From contig CAVVHG010000001.1 in assembly GCA_963747985.1 (NCBI GenBank), positions 329,963 to 393,962 of the forward strand: DNA of 64,000 nucleotides, read 5' to 3'. Origin of the DNA: an uncultured Acidobacteriota bacterium. GTDB lineage: Bacteria > Acidobacteriota > UBA6911. The notes below the pieces were generated by a model. That model was not told the DNA's origin, made no database searches, and saw only the letters and a list, made by a program, of their open reading frames with translations. A program made the translations under genes and the position numbers. This document shows, piece after piece, positions 60,101 to 64,000 of the stretch (positions are counted from its first letter, which is position 1; each line of letters starts with the position of its first letter).

Positions 60101-60715
60101 TCTGGCCCTCGGATGTGGCGTGGGGTCGCAACCGAGCCAACGCGGACTTACAACATACCCCAAAACTTGCAGGTTGGCTTCGCGTACGAACTCCCCTTCG
60201 GAAGTGGGAAGAAGTTCGCCACAAGTGGTGCCAGCAGCGCAATCCTGGGGGGCTGGCAGTTGAACGGCATCTTCAGCGCCTTCAAGGGACGTTATTTTAC
60301 GTTGGGTGCTTCCGATGCCTCGTTAGACATGCCGGGCAACGCGCAGACTCCTGACCAGGTCGGCGCGATTGTGTATACGGGCTGTATTGGTTCAGCGATC
60401 CCGGCTGTACGTTCTTCGACACCTCAGCTTTTAAGCCCGTCACCGAAGTCCGGTTCGGCAACGTGGGTCGGAACACCATGCGCGGACCCGGGGTGGTGAA
60501 TATGGACCTCAGCCTGTTCCGCAGCTTTAAGCTCACGGAGAAGTTCGACCTGCAGTTCCGGGCGGAGGGGTTCAACTTGAGCAACACTCCGCACTTCGGC
60601 AACCCGAGCGGAAACGCCAATAGCTCGCGCTTCGGCCAGGTTACCTCCACGGACACTGGTTGGGCGTTACGGTCGGTCACGGGAGTTCCGCTTTGGCCTC
60701 CGTCTGGGCTTCTAG
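57192..60715 (+). pseudogene. TonB-dependent receptor with N-terminal carboxypeptidase-regulatory-like domain, disrupted by four indels
   Basis: TTG 57192 after ttggaggtaagcc; MLLRLKYPLAILPVVAFLIIASMCVQPAQAQVLYGSVVGTVTDQSGAVIPGATVTITN.... Four ORF fragments (57192-58439, 58411-60354, 60113-60499, 60463-60978) are collinear with the intact convergent paralog at 61223-64000. Indels: extra G near 58374; extra T near 60148; 1-nt loss near 60396; 4-nt tandem duplication ggtc at 60672-60679. Removing them restores the family C-terminus ...REFRFGLRLGF*. Confidence 0.7.
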
Positions 60716-61172
60716 TCTCGTTCGATCAATCATCCGGGCGCAGGCAGCAATGCCTGCGCCCTTTTTTTCTCTTCGGGGTTGCACCACGACAACCTGTTCG
60801 CGCTGCTTGCCTCCTTCGACGGCGTCAGCAGCATCTCCGTGTATTGCATCGGCAACAGCAGCGCGAAACGGCCGTTCTGGCAGATGATAGTGACCGAGTC
60901 GGTGGAGGCAAGCTGGTTGCGCAGTCGCGGGGCTGGGTTCGCCGGTTCAGGTTCGACCGTTTGATCCTCCGCAGGTAGAACCTCCACGGCCTTTCGAAAC
61001 ATCCCCTCCGCCTCAAGATATCTGCTCTGCTCGAAAAGCACCACGCCATATGGCTTGCAGGAGCGCTTCCTGCCCCTGTGTCACCTTCGTGTCGATCCCG
61101 AGATTTCTGAACATACCCCACAAATCGCAGCACGTCGCGGCGAGTCCTCCTTCCTCTGTGGCGCGTCTCTGG

Positions 61173-61206
61173 AAACGGGCGCAGGAGTAGCTTCCTGCGC
61201 CCGTTT
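61173..61206. terminator. Bidirectional hairpin terminator between convergent TonB-dependent receptor genes
   Basis: Perfect 14-bp stem aaacgggcgcagga / tcctgcgcccgttt with 6-nt loop gtagct, T-rich on the + side (gtttgatt); 17 nt downstream of the minus-strand stop. Confidence 0.5.
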
Positions 61207-61222
61207 GATTGGCTAAAGAAGG

Positions 61223-64000
61223 CTAGAATTCAAAGCGTAACCCCAGCCTGAAGTTTCTGGCGTCCTCCGCAGCGTAGGTTATTCTCCCGAAGTCCGAGCT
61301 GTTGGCGTCGCTATCCGGGGAACCGAAGTGTGGAGTGTTGGTGAAATTGAACATCTCCGCCCGGAACTGCATATTGAGCCTCTCGGTTATTTTGAAGGTG
61401 CGGAAGAAGCTGAAGTCCATGTTCACCATACCGGGCGCGCGCATGGTGTGCCGGCCCACGGTGCCGAACCGGACCTCCGTGACGCGCGCAAACGCGCCGG
61501 TATCGAAAAAGGTGCCGGTGCTGCCGACGTTGCCGAGTTTTTCCACTGTGGGTTTGACCTGGTCCGCGGTCTGCATGTTTCCCGGCATGTTTAACGAAGT
61601 GTCGGAAGCATAGACCGTATAGGGCCGGCCCTGGACGGCACTGAAGATGCCGTTGATCTGCCAGCCCTCCAGGATCGCCTTGGCGGCACCGCTCGTGGCC
61701 CACTTGTGGCCGGTGCCTAAGGGGATATCGTACACGTAGGCAAGCTGGAACATGTGGGGGATATTGTACTCCGCAGGGGCTCGGTTGCGACTGAACGCGA
61801 ATGATGCGTTATAGTCGAAGCTTGTCCAGTCAGAGTAGTCGGCCGTGTTGATGGCCTTCGAATAGGTATAAGCGCCTTTGACAAACAAGCCGGATGTCAG
61901 GCGCCGGTTGATGGTAGCTTGCAGGGCATGATAGATGCCCTGGGTGCGGCCATCCCACACCTGGGTATCTGCGGTTCGTCCCCAGGCGGCGAAGAGCGGC
62001 CGCCCGTCGTCGCCGGAGCCGGGGGTTTGTGAAGCATTGATCTGCAGGAATCCGAAGCCATTTATGGATGCAGTCCCCACATATCCGATTGTCGTTACAA
62101 ACTCGGCCGGCAGTTTCTGCTCGACGATGAGGTTCCACGACTGGATGTAACCCCTCTTGAGCTGCTGGTTGAACACCGGGTAGCCCATGAGAGCAGCCAA
62201 CGGAAGCTGCTGCCTGCCCTGGCTCATGTCGGGGCAGCAGATCGGGAGGATCCCGACATCACCGCCCAACGGTTGGTTCGGGATACCCGCCGCCACGTAA
62301 TTGGGCCCCGTGGTTATGGGCTGGTAACCGTTGACGCCGGAGAAAGTCGCGGCGATGGTCAGCGGGTAGTAGCCGCGCAGCGCCTGCGCGCCCCAGGGAT
62401 GGGATTGGTAGGTGATGCCGTAGCCGCCTCGGATCACGGTGTTGGTGAAAGCCTGATACGCGAATCCGAAACGGGGAGCGAAGAGTTTCTTGCTGTAGCC
62501 CACACCGTTCTCCCTGGGAACACCCGGCCACCCTCCGACCAGGACGTCGTTGGTAGTGGGATCGTAGGATTCGATGCCCATGCCGGCGGACCGGGTTCGA
62601 GTGGGGTAGAGTTCCCAGCGCAACCCCAGGTTCAGCGTTAGCTTCGGAGTGGCTCGCCAGCGGTCTCGGATGTAGAGACCCCACACGTCCTCGTGGCTGG
62701 TCATCTTGATGAACTGGCTGCTCTTCCCGGTGTAATCGGAAACGCCGAGCAGGAAGCCTGCAAGGCCGTTCCAGCCGTTCTCGAACGACGGGGTGCCTTC
62801 CTGGAATCCCACGGAGGCACCGATAGCATCGGGATTGAGGGCCGTTATGCCGGAACCGAAGCCGAACGCCCCGCGGGGGCCCTCCCCCAATTCCGGCTGC
62901 CAGTGATTCATTAGGTGGTGCATCCAGTCGAGGCCGAAACGGATGTCGTGAGCGCCCTTCACCCAGTTGAAGTTGACGTTCACCGTGAAGGACTGGTCGT
63001 TGCGATAGAGCGGGTTCCACCCTTCCGGGTTCCCCAATGCGGAATAGTCGGAGATGTAGAAAGCCGGCATGCCGCTTTCACGCGGGTCGGGCCCGTTGGT
63101 TCCGGGTATCCCGAGCACATCCAATCCGTAGTTGGTGCCGAGGTCAGGGGGCGTGACCTGCTGGCCGAAACGGGTCCAGCCGAACGTCCCGTCAATCAGG
63201 AAGTTGGGCGATACGGTGTACGTCTGTCCGATGGTTGCCAACTGCACGAGTGTATCGCCGTCACCGAGGCCACCGGAGCACAGGCACTCGCCGCCGGCCT
63301 GACCCAGGCTGAAATCGCCGTGAACCAGCGCCTTCATCATGCTGTACTTGAACCAGAGCAGGTGCTTTTCGTTCCGGTTCCAGTTGATCTTGGCATCGAT
63401 GTTGTTGCGGTTCATCTTCTGGGTGCCGGAGCTATAGTAGTTGTTGAGATCCCCGTCGAGGTTGGCGTGAGGGACCACGTCAAGCAGCTGCATCATGGGG
63501 CCGTTGAAGCGAGCCTGAGGAATAACGTTGACCCGGCCTCCGTTCGAGAAAACCTTACGATCCGTGCCATCCTGGCTGCCGGTGTAGGGGTCGAAGATCA
63601 TCCCTTCCTGCAACGGCACGGAGCCGCCCTCCGTGGTGGGGATCAGGATGGTATTACCGCTCGCGTCCAGGATCTGACCACCAAGCATCCTGCTAAAGTC
63701 CCCGGCGCGAAAGTCATCCGTCGGGACGGAAGATAGCAGGCCATAGCCCAGCCGCTGGAAGGTTCCTTCATAGTCGGCGAAGAAGAACAGTTTATTCTTC
63801 ACGATCGGTCCGCTGAAGCTGGCCCCATCGATGTTCATGTTTCCTGCCGGTTTCTTCGTCTGCTGGCTGAACTTCTCGTTCCATTGGAAAGCCCGCAAGG
63901 CGCTGTTGCTGTTCATGCCGTAGACGACACCATGGTATTCATTTGTCCCGGACTTCGTCGCCACGGTAATGGCGGCGCCCCCGGTGATGCCCTGCTCAGC
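61223..64000 (-). CDS. TonB-dependent receptor (CarboxypepD_reg-type), intact over 913 aa, N-terminus beyond window end
   Basis: ORF open to nt 64000; C-terminal ...FNFTNTPHFGSPDSDANSSDFGRITYAAEDARNFRLGLRFEF*; roughly 55-60% identical to the conceptual translation of the plus-strand pseudogene. Confidence 0.8.
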   Translation of the reverse strand, partial: AEQGITGGAAITVATKSGTNEYHGVVYGMNSNSALRAFQWNEKFSQQTKKPAGNMNIDGASFSGPIVKNKLFFFADYEGTFQRLGYGLLSSVPTDDFRAGDFSRMLGGQILDASGNTILIPTTEGGSVPLQEGMIFDPYTGSQDGTDRKVFSNGGRVNVIPQARFNGPMMQLLDVVPHANLDGDLNNYYSSGTQKMNRNNIDAKINWNRNEKHLLWFKYSMMKALVHGDFSLGQAGGECLCSGGLGDGDTLVQLATIGQTYTVSPNFLIDGTFGWTRFGQQVTPPDLGTNYGLDVLGIPGTNGPDPRESGMPAFYISDYSALGNPEGWNPLYRNDQSFTVNVNFNWVKGAHDIRFGLDWMHHLMNHWQPELGEGPRGAFGFGSGITALNPDAIGASVGFQEGTPSFENGWNGLAGFLLGVSDYTGKSSQFIKMTSHEDVWGLYIRDRWRATPKLTLNLGLRWELYPTRTRSAGMGIESYDPTTNDVLVGGWPGVPRENGVGYSKKLFAPRFGFAYQAFTNTVIRGGYGITYQSHPWGAQALRGYYPLTIAATFSGVNGYQPITTGPNYVAAGIPNQPLGGDVGILPICCPDMSQGRQQLPLAALMGYPVFNQQLKRGYIQSWNLIVEQKLPAEFVTTIGYVGTASINGFGFLQINASQTPGSGDDGRPLFAAWGRTADTQVWDGRTQGIYHALQATINRRLTSGLFVKGAYTYSKAINTADYSDWTSFDYNASFAFSRNRAPAEYNIPHMFQLAYVYDIPLGTGHKWATSGAAKAILEGWQINGIFSAVQGRPYTVYASDTSLNMPGNMQTADQVKPTVEKLGNVGSTGTFFDTGAFARVTEVRFGTVGRHTMRAPGMVNMDFSFFRTFKITERLNMQFRAEMFNFTNTPHFGSPDSDANSSDFGRITYAAEDARNFRLGLRFEF

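Overview
High-GC (roughly 63%) chromosomal window. CarboxypepD_reg-type TonB-dependent receptors, ASPIC/UnbV+TPR gene pairs and many TAT/Sec-exported glycoside hydrolases are most consistent with an Acidobacteriota-like genome (inference). Contents left to right: the 3' end of a tandem-repeat Ig-like surface protein; a cNOR nitric-oxide reductase cluster (norC, an extra c-type cytochrome ORF, norB); a frameshifted S41 C-terminal processing protease; a czcCBA-type HME-RND metal efflux operon; an IorAB-type two-subunit molybdenum hydroxylase plus a TAT-exported sugar-phosphate isomerase-like protein; a ~260-nt nested inverted-repeat element in an intergenic gap; sugar-metabolism genes (AGE-family epimerase, Gfo/Idh/MocA, SSF symporter, 2-hydroxyacid DH, GNAT, VWA, redoxins). 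Then a large CAZyme cluster: two GH127, GH42-like, GH36-like, GH109-like, an AXE-like esterase, an HGSNAT-like acyltransferase, an MFS transporter, two tandem beta-propeller paralogs and glgC. Embedded in that cluster is the most interesting unit: a Zn-ADH / glycyl-radical enzyme / GRE-activase operon divergently paired with TauE-SafE(TSUP), DUF1634 and a GAF-GAF protein. The right end carries a twice-frameshifted ASPIC/UnbV gene, a TPR gene, a TonB-dependent receptor broken by four indels, and an intact convergent paralog running off the window. About eleven frame-disrupting indels are visible overall, clustered at 53.4-60.7 kb; they may be assembly errors or real gene decay. No rRNA, tRNA or CRISPR array was recognised.
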